Origin: Calditrichia bacterium
GTDB lineage: Bacteria; Calditrichota; Calditrichia; JAJRVZ01
Length of the DNA stretch: 64,000 nucleotides
Direction: 5' to 3'
Assembly: GCA_963777955.1 (NCBI GenBank)
Contig: CAVZSQ010000019.1
Span: 32,001 to 96,000, forward strand
Within the stretch, counting starts at the first letter, position 1; each line of letters starts with the position of its first letter. This document shows, piece by piece, positions 29,754 through 38,507 of this stretch. Below the pieces are notes generated by a model that ran no database searches, was not told the origin of the DNA, and was given only the letters and a program-made list of their open reading frames with translations. Position numbers and translations under genes: made by a program.

Positions 29754-30809
29754 TTAGAACGACCTTTGATAAATTTCAAATTGTAGTTTTTGTTCAAAAG
29801 GACCTTTTCCTCTTGGTATATCCCCATCAACCTGGATACCTCTTAAATTGAAATCCTCAAATCCTTTTCCGGAGTAACTGGCTGAAAACGTGGCCGAAGC
29901 CCCGGGGGAAAAATCCCGGAACTCGTCTACCACAATTTTGACCGCATCTGCTGTGTGCGGTTGGATTATGTTGCCATCATAATAAGTAATGAGCAGTCTG
30001 AAGGCAGTTGTCGGTTCTGATTGTTTGTCGGCCCACAAACTAAAATTGACCAGAACTGTCTGATCCTGCCCTTTAAAATTTTTAAATACAATCGTATCGG
30101 CGCTGAAGTCAATTTTACGGGTAAAGGTCACATTATCTTGCGCCAATTCAGTTTGTTGCCATTGCTGCGCACTCGACTTGAAGGTCTGGTTGTGCAGATG
30201 GAGCGGCCTGGTGGCAAAGTCCGCAAATGCCTGCAGATTGGCAACATGCTTGTTATCCGGATAATAAGCGGCAAATTTATTAGCCTCTTCATCGACGTTC
30301 CAGGAATAACCCCATTTAATGTAATAATAGAAAGCTTCTTCCTTTAATTCTTCACTGATACTCTTATCTTCACTGTCGATATATTTCTTAAGGATAGCTT
30401 CACATTCCGAAAATTTACCCCTGTCATTCAGCGATTTGGCATAACGCATCTCTTTGTCGCTGATGTTTTCTTCCTCTTCCAGAATTTTAATTTTTCCGCT
30501 GAGTACGACCTGGTAGGTGCCATCCTGAACATAGCCCACGTCGATCAGTTGAAATCCTGGCAGTAATACCGTAGCCGCCTGGCTTTCCACCAGATCCTGG
30601 ATCACCTGGAAATTTTCCACGGTCGTTTTGGATTCGATACGGATGCCTGCTTTTTCACAGGCCTGCTTTTTAGCATCGACAAGGGCCTCCAGCCGGTCCT
30701 GCTGGGCGCCGTCATTCTGTTGATTGCTGATTCCTTTGACAGTGATTTCGATTACATTCTGGGCATAAAGCCCTATAGACATGAAAAGTATAATTATTGC
30801 AGTTTTCAT
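29754..30809 (-). CDS. Secreted hypothetical protein
   Basis: 351-aa ORF, signal peptide MKTAIIILFMSIGLYA, GAGGAG RBS. Confidence 0.75.
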   Translation of the reverse strand: MKTAIIILFMSIGLYAQNVIEITVKGISNQQNDGAQQDRLEALVDAKKQACEKAGIRIESKTTVENFQVIQDLVESQAATVLLPGFQLIDVGYVQDGTYQVVLSGKIKILEEEENISDKEMRYAKSLNDRGKFSECEAILKKYIDSEDKSISEELKEEAFYYYIKWGYSWNVDEEANKFAAYYPDNKHVANLQAFADFATRPLHLHNQTFKSSAQQWQQTELAQDNVTFTRKIDFSADTIVFKNFKGQDQTVLVNFSLWADKQSEPTTAFRLLITYYDGNIIQPHTADAVKIVVDEFRDFSPGASATFSASYSGKGFEDFNLRGIQVDGDIPRGKGPFEQKLQFEIYQRSF

Positions 30810-30929
30810 CCCCGACTCCTCTTGTGGTTATATCTGCAAATGAACTGTTAACTGCTGATAAATTTTAAGCCAAATTAATCATATTAATGTAATTTTTCAC
30901 CAATTCTCAGTATGTTTTTATCAGGATCT

Positions 30930-31433
30930 TTAACATAAATCAATATAAGCACAGTCGATCAGCTGCTCTGACTGAATTCCCAGTTGTGCCATAAGTTTGC
31001 GGGCAACCTCCACACCTGCCTGTGCAGATTCACCTTCAGCGAGAACAACTTCCAGTTCTATAAAATCTCCCAGTCCCTGAATGCGGTCCAGATGCACCCT
31101 GGTTCGATCGATGAGATAAAGTGTACGGTGCTTACGCAGGCGTCCCAGTTGACCGCAGGCTGCAGTCAAAGTATCCCGCAACGAAGCGGTCTGGGCAACG
31201 GGTGTACGCAGATAGAACGACTCTTTCGGTCCGGGCTGATCCGCGCGTTGATAGAAAATAAGTTCGCCCGATTTATTGGTGAATTCACGCAACTTCAATC
31301 TGCCATTTTCACAGCGAAAGAAGGTATCATCCTGTTCAATTTCGATGGGGTCGCCGGAAGTAAGCGCCGCTACTTTGGGCACCAGCTTATCAATACTTTT
31401 AATACGGGCTTTGATTTCAATATTCCGGGCCAT
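30930..31433 (-). CDS. CYTH domain protein (class IV adenylate cyclase family)
   Basis: N-terminal 'NIEIKAR' (ExExK-like), 'QDDTFF', 'RLKLRE', 'TRVHLD', 'FIELEV'. Confidence 0.88.
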   Translation of the reverse strand: MARNIEIKARIKSIDKLVPKVAALTSGDPIEIEQDDTFFRCENGRLKLREFTNKSGELIFYQRADQPGPKESFYLRTPVAQTASLRDTLTAACGQLGRLRKHRTLYLIDRTRVHLDRIQGLGDFIELEVVLAEGESAQAGVEVARKLMAQLGIQSEQLIDCAYIDLC

Positions 31434-31481
31434 TTTTTACTTACCTCTCACCGTACCTGGCTGGTGAACGTTTAGCGCCTG

Positions 31482-32375
31482 TCAATCTTTTGAAAGTTGT
31501 TTTTTTATTTCTTTATATTTTTCTTGTGAAGCCTTGAAATTCGGATCGATTTTTAACGCTGCTTCATATTCCGACAGCGCCTCATTAAGTTTTCCGGCTG
31601 CCCGGAAACCATCCCCTAGACTATCATGGGCATTTGCATCAACAGGGGCCAGGTGTACCTGTTTTTGGAACATAGCTATGGCTTTGTCATATTTATTCTG
31701 TTTTAACAGGAAATAGCCGTAGTTATTATAAAACTGGTAATTATCCGTGGAATCATCGAATGAATTTTCAAATATTTCATATTCTTTTCCGGCCTGGTCC
31801 AATTTATTTTCCTTTTCATAAATCTGGATCAGCAGCAGGCGGCCCTGTTTCTCATCGAGTTTAAGCAGTACGGCGGATTCATTTTTTGCTTTCTTTATAT
31901 CTCCCCCTCCCAGAGCCGGTGCCTGCAGATAATAATATCCCAGGTAAACATGCCCGCCCACGTGGGTGGAATCAAGTTTGACAGTTTTTTTAAATTCATC
32001 AAGTACTTTGGGAGCGAGCAGAATCCTTTTGAACATATTGGAATTCTGCAGTTTCACGGTCAGAGCCTGCCCCAGCCAGAAATGATAATCTGCCACTTTA
32101 TCGTTATTTGCTACAGCTTTTTCACAGCATTCAACAGCATTTTCATAGGCACCTAACTGCAGATGACAACGACCCAAATAATTATAAGCTGCATCATCTT
32201 TTTCATTTATTTTTACTTTTTCTTTAAAAAATTCCTTGGCCTGTTCATATTTTTTTTCATTAAACAATTGAATACCCGGATCCAATTTATCACCGGCAAA
32301 TAATCGACTGTAACTTACGATACTGACAAATAATAGCATGTTTATAAATTGTACCGATTTCATATAATTACTCAC
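31482..32375 (-). CDS. Secreted tetratricopeptide repeat protein
   Basis: Signal peptide; TPR units 'AYNYLGRCH', 'YHFWLGQAL', 'AHDSLGDGF...ALKIDP'. Confidence 0.85.
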   Translation of the reverse strand: MSNYMKSVQFINMLLFVSIVSYSRLFAGDKLDPGIQLFNEKKYEQAKEFFKEKVKINEKDDAAYNYLGRCHLQLGAYENAVECCEKAVANNDKVADYHFWLGQALTVKLQNSNMFKRILLAPKVLDEFKKTVKLDSTHVGGHVYLGYYYLQAPALGGGDIKKAKNESAVLLKLDEKQGRLLLIQIYEKENKLDQAGKEYEIFENSFDDSTDNYQFYNNYGYFLLKQNKYDKAIAMFQKQVHLAPVDANAHDSLGDGFRAAGKLNEALSEYEAALKIDPNFKASQEKYKEIKKQLSKD

Positions 32376-32427
32376 TTTTTTATTTAATCACGAATGTGAC
32401 TCAATAATCTGTAAAATAATCTTCAGA

Positions 32428-32817
32428 TCAGGATCTCTCACGATCTTTGTCCAGCAGCCATTTTTCGGCAGCAGCTACCGTTGAGAAAACCCTTACCGGC
32501 AAGGCGCGGTTGACCGCAACAGTTTCAGCGAAATGCATCAAATCACCCTTAGCGTTTATATCGACATAGGCGATAGCCTCCAGTTTGCCTATAGTCTCCT
32601 CGCTGGCTTCTGTTGCGATCTTAAAAACATCCAGCGTCTCCAGGCGGGATCCTTCCAGCCGCTCTTCAATCAAGACCCTGGAACATTTATGCACGATACA
32701 TTCGTGCAGCACCTCCTGCAGATATCTAACGACATTCTCCCTGCTGTTTTGACCGGTAACGATAGCGTGCAGATAATCAGGTTTCTGCTTGATCTTCAGT
32801 TTATAGGTCATCATCAA
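32428..32817 (-). CDS. Hypothetical protein, STAS/SEC14 (SpoIIAA-like) fold suspected
   Basis: 'FAETVAVNR..PVRVFST..AAEKWL' ending typical of this small family; AAGGG RBS. Confidence 0.65.
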   Translation of the reverse strand: MMMTYKLKIKQKPDYLHAIVTGQNSRENVVRYLQEVLHECIVHKCSRVLIEERLEGSRLETLDVFKIATEASEETIGKLEAIAYVDINAKGDLMHFAETVAVNRALPVRVFSTVAAAEKWLLDKDRERS

Positions 32818-32977
32818 TCCCTTCTACGGGCAGGATTTGGGAATATTAACTGACCAAGATTAACTTCATAACTCAAGTGAATGAAAAAAACCGGCGGATT
32901 TTTGCCACGCAACTGCCATAGCCGCGGGAAAGTGCAGAACAAAAATGTTTTTCCAATGAGTCCCGGGTGATATCATA

Positions 32978-33491
32978 TTAATAATTATGGCCGATGACAA
33001 CTATGGCTGTCATGATCATGGTCATAAATCCTACATAAAATAAACCCATTCTCATGCGGTCGATTTTATCCCGTTTTTCTATTCTAACATTATCATATTT
33101 GGGTAAAGATGAAATTGAAGCTTTATTTATCGCCTCATTCAACCTTATAAAATCAGCAGTACATCTAAAACTGGTACCAAATCCACCCGGTCGTTTTATA
33201 CCCCTGATATTGATTATATCCGCACCCATGGTGCAGGCTTCCGTCCTTAAAAACTGCATAACGGCTTTTTCGCTATAAAGTGCACTGAATCGGGTATCGC
33301 CCAGGTCAAGCGTTCCGAGAACCACACCGATAGCCGGATCAATTCGAATATTTTCTTTTATTATCAGCGTACAATCCGGCACCTTGATCAATTCCGGTTT
33401 TTCATAACCGTTCCGTGATATAATAGGTGAACAGGCGATATTTATAACTGCCATGACAGGCTAAAAGGACAAGCACCTTAGCATTAAGCAT
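32978..33491 (-). CDS. Hypothetical lipoprotein with C-terminal TM; +1 indel near 33458 in the signal peptide
   Basis: ATG 33491 (AAGGA RBS) gives MLNAKVLVLLA, continuing after a 1-nt shift as 'VMAVINIAC'; 'EACTMGADIINI...CTADF'. Confidence 0.6.
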
Positions 33492-33522
33492 AAGTATCCT
33501 TCTTGAACATTAGTCTATTAAT

Positions 33523-34239
33523 TCAACGCTGGTTTAATATATCATTAGACGAAGCAAGCACCACAAGCACAGCGAGTATTCCGATTATCGCACCAGAGGT
33601 AAAATGTGATTTTCGTTTTGATTTTATTTCATTGCTATAACCATAGGTATAATATTTTTGATCCATTACGCTTAATTCTTTGAGATAGGGCTCAGGGACG
33701 CTTACCTTGGTACTGCCTATAATCGCGTGTCCGATACCCCACCCGATCATACCGGTTCCGAATCCGACCAGAATACCGCAGGCGAATAAACCTGACCCGC
33801 CATAATCTTCATTCGCTTTTGCCTGACCTTCCAAATAATAATCGGTTTTATATTTGTTGAATTGGTCAGTAAATTTATTTAAGGCTTTTTCGTTTAACAA
33901 AGATTCAACGTCGTGCCGTTTAAGATTTACATTGACCAGCACGTCGCCAATTACCAACTGTACCTGATTGTATTTTTGAATTACTTCCAGGGCACATGAT
34001 TCCTGTCTCACAACCACAACCTTTGCTAAACCATAAATAAAAGATGAGTCGGCTGATTGCTTCTGCAGGAAGTACAGATCTCCGAGGTTTACACCGTTCA
34101 ACTCTCCCCTATCAGCCGCAAGGACGTTATCCAGGATCTGCGTAAGTGACATCAACCCCTCCGGCTGAGCGCCGCAGACTCCAGAAAATATCATTAAACA
34201 ATGACTTACGATCAATATCACCGATATACTTCTGCGCAT
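33523..34239 (-). CDS. Secreted/membrane hypothetical protein with Gly-rich C-terminal hydrophobic domain
   Basis: AGGAG RBS before ATG 34239; signal peptide; C-terminus resembles ORF 55101..55487. Confidence 0.7.
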   Translation of the reverse strand: MRRSISVILIVSHCLMIFSGVCGAQPEGLMSLTQILDNVLAADRGELNGVNLGDLYFLQKQSADSSFIYGLAKVVVVRQESCALEVIQKYNQVQLVIGDVLVNVNLKRHDVESLLNEKALNKFTDQFNKYKTDYYLEGQAKANEDYGGSGLFACGILVGFGTGMIGWGIGHAIIGSTKVSVPEPYLKELSVMDQKYYTYGYSNEIKSKRKSHFTSGAIIGILAVLVVLASSNDILNQR

Positions 34240-34476
34240 TATCTGCTCCTGGTTAGTCTGGACATTTTTATTACCATTCAATGGAATCTTGAAGCGTGAA
34301 TTAGAATTCCGATATTTAAAATATAATCAAGGCTTCGTCCGGATTCAATTAAAATCTGATATCGCTCCACGACCGGAAGCAACCTGGCTATGACGCAGAT
34401 TCAGTTTGCCAGGCACCCGAGTATCTTAATGGATACGTTGTTTATTTCATCGTTATAATAAATCAAAAAAAATATC

Positions 34477-34505
34477 TTGTTTCTATTAATAGAAACAGAT
34501 ATATT
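34477..34505 (+). promoter_or_regulatory. Putative sigma70 promoter overlapped by a perfect 20-bp palindrome (candidate TrpR operator, 34478-34497)
   Basis: TTGTTT-17 nt-TATATT; palindrome TGTTTCTATT|AATAGAAACA 17 nt upstream of the trpR ATG. Confidence 0.65.
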
Positions 34506-34514
34506 CTAAAGCGT

Positions 34515-34792
34515 ATGATCTCAACTAAAAATATAAAGGAAATATCGATGATCCTGGCCAGAGATCAGAGATGCCGGTCTGATCGAAGAGTTTTTTAAGG
34601 AAATCATGACCAAATCTGAATTAAAAAACCTGGCGTCGCAGATGGGATATTGTAAAATTGCTGGTCCGGGGAACCACCCAGCGAAAAATCGCCAGTGATC
34701 TGCATTTGAGTTTATGCAATATCACCCGGGGTTCGAAAGAATTACATAAAAAAAATTCGGCAATAAAAAAAATAATTCAATTAACTACATAA
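34515..34792 (+). CDS. trpR: Trp repressor family protein, broken by two +1 indels (~34560, ~34639); missing from ORF track
   Basis: Reconstruction MISTKNIKEISMILA/EIRDAGLIEEFFKEIMTKSELKNLAS/RWDIVKLLVRGTTQRKIASDLHLSLCNITRGSKEL...; 'T..E...L..R', 'QR.I', 'ITRGS' are TrpR hallmarks; lies directly upstream of trpB2. Confidence 0.85.
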
Positions 34793-34818
34793 AAAAGAAT
34801 TTGTATAACTAGGAGAAA

Positions 34819-36195
34819 ATGATGCAGGTAAAAGTTCTGTTGGACGAAAAAGAAATTCCGAGACAGTGGTATAATCTGGCCGCTGATTTCAAACATCCCA
34901 TGCAGCCACCGCTGGGACCGAACGGTAAACCCATTTCGCCGGATATGCTGGCCCCTGTTTTTCCCATGAATCTGATCGAGCAGGAAGTCAGCCAGAAAAG
35001 ATGGATCGATATCCCCGAGGAAATTCTTGAAATATTGTACCGCTGGCGCCCTTCCCCCTTGCACCGGGCCGTCTACCTGGAAAAAGCACTGGGTACACCT
35101 GCAAAAATATATTATAAAAACGAAAGCCTTTCCCCGCCGGGAAGTCATAAGCCGAATACGGCCGTGGCCCAGGCCTGGTACAATAAACAATTCGGCATTA
35201 AAAAAATGACCACCGAAACCGGTGCGGGTCAATGGGGCAGCGCCCTGGCCTTTGCCTGTTCCCTGCTGGGACTGGAATGCAAAGTATACATGGTCCGGAT
35301 CAGTTTTGACCAGAAACCGTTCAGAAAAATGATGATGCAAGTCTGGGGCGCCACCTGTATCGCCAGTCCGAGCGACACCACCCAGGCCGGACGCAATATT
35401 CTGAAAAAGATGCCGGATACGCCGGGCAGTCTGGGCATCGCCATCAGCGAAGCCATCGAGGCGGCGGTTACCGATCCCAAAGGGGAAACCCGCTACTCGC
35501 TGGGCAGTGTGCTCAATCACGTGCTGCTGCATCAGACCATCATCGGCCTGGAAGCAAAAAAACAGTTGGCCAAGGCTGGTGAAAAAAAGGTTGACGTGGT
35601 CATCGGCTGTGCCGGCGGCGGCAGTAATTTTGCCGGACTGGCTTTCCCGTTTGTCAACGATAAAATCAACGGTGCAAAAATAGACATCATCCCGGTAGAA
35701 CCAACATCCTGCCCGACTATGACCCGTGCGCCTTTTGTTTATGACCATGGCGATACCGCCAAGATGACACCGCTGCTGCCAATGCATTCGCTGGGACATG
35801 ATTTCATTCCCCCCCCCATTCATGCCGGCGGTCTGCGTTATCACGGTATCGCTCCGCTGATCAGCCATGCCATCAATGAGGGACTGATAACTCCCCAGGC
35901 CATCGATCAACTGGAGTGCTACGAATCTGCCGTGACCTTCGCGAAGACCGAAGGGATCATTCCGGCTCCCGAGACCAGCCATGCCATCGCCGTAGCTATC
36001 CGCGAAGCGAAAAAGGCCAAAGAAGAAGGAAAAGAGAAGGTGATCCTGTTTAATTTCAGCGGACATGGTTTGATGGATCTAACCGGATATGAAAAATATT
36101 TTAGCAATCAGTTAACGAATTACGCGCTGCCGGAAGCCGAAATGAAGAAGTCACTCAAGGCTTTGGAAGGTTTACCATTACCCCAAAAGGCCTAG
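34819..36195 (+). CDS. trpB2: TrpB-like PLP enzyme (tryptophan synthase beta chain type 2)
   Basis: 'WRPSPL', PLP lysine 'GSHKPNTA', 'ETGAGQWG', 'GGGSNF', '[11 protein letters not shown]', 'PAPET.HA'. Confidence 0.93.
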   Translation: MMQVKVLLDEKEIPRQWYNLAADFKHPMQPPLGPNGKPISPDMLAPVFPMNLIEQEVSQKRWIDIPEEILEILYRWRPSPLHRAVYLEKALGTPAKIYYKNESLSPPGSHKPNTAVAQAWYNKQFGIKKMTTETGAGQWGSALAFACSLLGLECKVYMVRISFDQKPFRKMMMQVWGATCIASPSDTTQAGRNILKKMPDTPGSLGIAISEAIEAAVTDPKGETRYSLGSVLNHVLLHQTIIGLEAKKQLAKAGEKKVDVVIGCAGGGSNFAGLAFPFVNDKINGAKIDIIPVEPTSCPTMTRAPFVYDHGDTAKMTPLLPMHSLGHDFIPPPIHAGGLRYHGIAPLISHAINEGLITPQAIDQLECYESAVTFAKTEGIIPAPETSHAIAVAIREAKKAKEEGKEKVILFNFSGHGLMDLTGYEKYFSNQLTNYALPEAEMKKSLKALEGLPLPQKA

Positions 36196-36256
36196 ACTAC
36201 CTTGCTAATATATATAGAAGCTGACAGCGCTACGTTTATATTAAGATTTGAGTATT

Positions 36257-36520
36257 ATGGAACAAAAATTTGATACCCGGCAGGGCTATTGCAGGAAGTT
36301 AGGACACCATCTGGCCTTTAAATATTGTCGTGAAGAACATAATGGCTGGCCCTGCCTTAAAATCCGTGATTGCTGGTTTGACGGGATTGATATCGATAAA
36401 TTTCTACAACAGAATTATCAGCAGGACGAAATTGATCACCTGCACAACAGCCCGCAACCAAAGATCGGAACTATTATTGAACTGATCCAGCAAGCCCGGA
36501 AAAATATAGATTACTTATGA
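36257..36520 (+). CDS. Small Cys-rich hypothetical protein (possible metal binding)
   Basis: 'CRKLGH....YCR.....PC..IRDCW' pattern; 87 aa. Confidence 0.65.
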   Translation: MEQKFDTRQGYCRKLGHHLAFKYCREEHNGWPCLKIRDCWFDGIDIDKFLQQNYQQDEIDHLHNSPQPKIGTIIELIQQARKNIDYL

Positions 36521-36587
36521 GCTAAATCTGACAGTGAAGATTTAGTTCAGGGCATTTTCTGGTTTTCCAGATCAATAGGTGTAGACA

Positions 36588-36615
36588 ACCGGTCAGGTGT
36601 TACCATCTGACCGGT
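36588..36615. terminator. Hairpin between convergent genes
   Basis: ACCGGTCAGGTG-TTAC-CATCTGACCGGT (12-bp stem, one G-U pair). Confidence 0.6.
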
Positions 36616-36655
36616 ATAATTTTGTTATATTTGTTTCGGCAAATACCATCTAGTA

Positions 36656-38128
36656 CTACTTTAACAAAACCATTTTTAAAGATTCTTTAAAATTATTTGC
36701 CTTAAGTGCACAAATATATATCCCGCTGGAAACCCTGGTTCCTCTAAAATCTGTTCCTGACCACTGGATAGATTTAAATCCGGGTGCTTGTTTCGTATTG
36801 ACCAGGGTATTGACCAGCCTGCCCGCTGTATCATATATACTCAGATTAACATCCGTTGCTTTATTCAACACATAAGATATTGTAGTAACCGGATTAAAGG
36901 GATTGGGATAGTTCTGGAATAATCGAAAATCTGCAATCTGATAATTCTGATCGTCCGGCAGTGACGTGATTAATCCGTTGGCATCTGTTTTTACCAGATA
37001 GATATCGGGCCTTGATCCGGCCCCAAAACTATGAGTATATCCTGTTAAAACAAAACCACCATCGTCGGTTAGTTCCATATCATCAGCCATTTCCTGATTT
37101 GTACCTCCATAAGTTCTGGTCCACAAGGTATCACCGTCGCCATCGGTCTTCACCAGGTAAAAATCAAAAAAGCCGGCACCATAGGTATCTGTATATCCGG
37201 AAAGAGCATATCCACCATCTGCTGTTGTTTGGATTGTAAAAGCTCTTTCATCGGCAGTTCCACCATAAGTTTTCATCCACAATGAATCACCCTGTTCATC
37301 CGTTTTCATCAACAGAAAGTCCGACGCACCCGCGCCAAAACTGCTGGTATATCCCCCTATTATGTAGCCGCCTTCCGGCAGCTCTTGAACAGAAAAAGCA
37401 ATTTCATAACTGGCCCAGTTATATCTTTTTGTCCAGAGTGTATCGCCGGTACTATCCGTTTTTACCAGATACATATACCCTGTTCCATCGCCATAAGTAT
37501 AGTCATCTCCATATCCGGCCATAATATAACCGCTGTCGGCCGTTTGCTGAACCGATTGAGCACGTAAATCTACCCTGGCAGTGCAACCGTAATTTTTACT
37601 CCAGCTCAGCTCGCCGTTCGCAGTTGTTTTAGCCAGGTAGTAACAGGCATAATAATCCTCATCGGCATACCCGCAGATGATATAGCCGCCGTCGAAGGTT
37701 GGCTTAATATCCTCGACATACTCCGCTTCGTCACCACCGATTTTTTTAGTCCACAGGGTATCGCCCTGGTTATCTATTTTCACCAGGTAGATAGCCGATC
37801 TTGCCGGTCCGGTACTGATCACCGCACCACCGGCCAGAAGATATCCATCACCGGTTTCCAGGATATTGTTGGCCCATTGTGACCAGGTGCTGCCGAAAGT
37901 CTTTGTCCAGGCAGTATCACCCAGCTCATCTGTTTTGACTAAATAAATATGCATTGAACCGCCGTCGCCAATCCGGCTATATCCGGCGACCAGATAACCC
38001 TGATCTTGCGTTTGGATCACCGCGTTTGGTTCTTCGGTCTCGACAGTACCGTATGTTTTTTCAAAATTAACCTGAGCCATTACATTCATTACTGAAAGCA
38101 TGATGATCATAATGCCAGAGATTTTCAT
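36656..38128 (-). CDS. Secreted repeat (beta-propeller-like) protein with C-terminal FlgD-Ig/T9SS-type sorting domain
   Basis: About 7 repeats of 'DGGY.....YLVKTD..GDTLWTKTYGG'; C-terminal 'FQNYPNPFNPVTTISY...SSGIYI..L...KMVLLK'. Confidence 0.85.
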   Translation of the reverse strand: MKISGIMIIMLSVMNVMAQVNFEKTYGTVETEEPNAVIQTQDQGYLVAGYSRIGDGGSMHIYLVKTDELGDTAWTKTFGSTWSQWANNILETGDGYLLAGGAVISTGPARSAIYLVKIDNQGDTLWTKKIGGDEAEYVEDIKPTFDGGYIICGYADEDYYACYYLAKTTANGELSWSKNYGCTARVDLRAQSVQQTADSGYIMAGYGDDYTYGDGTGYMYLVKTDSTGDTLWTKRYNWASYEIAFSVQELPEGGYIIGGYTSSFGAGASDFLLMKTDEQGDSLWMKTYGGTADERAFTIQTTADGGYALSGYTDTYGAGFFDFYLVKTDGDGDTLWTRTYGGTNQEMADDMELTDDGGFVLTGYTHSFGAGSRPDIYLVKTDANGLITSLPDDQNYQIADFRLFQNYPNPFNPVTTISYVLNKATDVNLSIYDTAGRLVNTLVNTKQAPGFKSIQWSGTDFRGTRVSSGIYICALKANNFKESLKMVLLK

Positions 38129-38507
38129 GAGCTTTTCTCCCTTTTAAATTTCAGATGTGCATGAATCTTTTCAGACCAAGACAGATTATCCGATAATAAA
38201 GTATGATTGGCTTAATTTAAAAAATCAAATATATTTAATTTGTATTTGCCGTCACAAGTCATATTATTTTCAAATCTTCTTTACAAAATTCATCACTATC
38301 ACATTCAGAGCAAAGATGATTTGGATCCCGCAGGTCATTCTGCACAGGAATCAGCGGACTGATCCTCATTATTATACTCAAATGGGATTAATATTTAACA
38401 ATTTTGTGTTTATATAATCTATTTATAACAATATTATATACGTTTAATTTTTATTATGTAGGATATGTTATTTAAACCTGAATTACCTTAAAACACAGGT
38501 CACATTG

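Noticed and set aside
30930..31433. CYTH protein as part of the kinase-cyclase signalling system
   Set aside because: About 7 kb away in a different transcription unit; many CYTH proteins are triphosphatases rather than cyclases
34777..36066. 429-aa antisense ORF
   Set aside because: Shadow of trpB2 on the opposite strand with no recognisable motifs; the same applies to the many short antisense ORFs in the track
37000..38000. CRISPR-like or DNA-level repeat array
   Set aside because: The ~150-nt periodicity reflects degenerate protein repeats within a CDS; there are no identical direct repeats with spacers
38157..38417. 86-aa ORF upstream of the STAND operon
   Set aside because: No RBS or motif; lies in an AT-rich divergent promoter region
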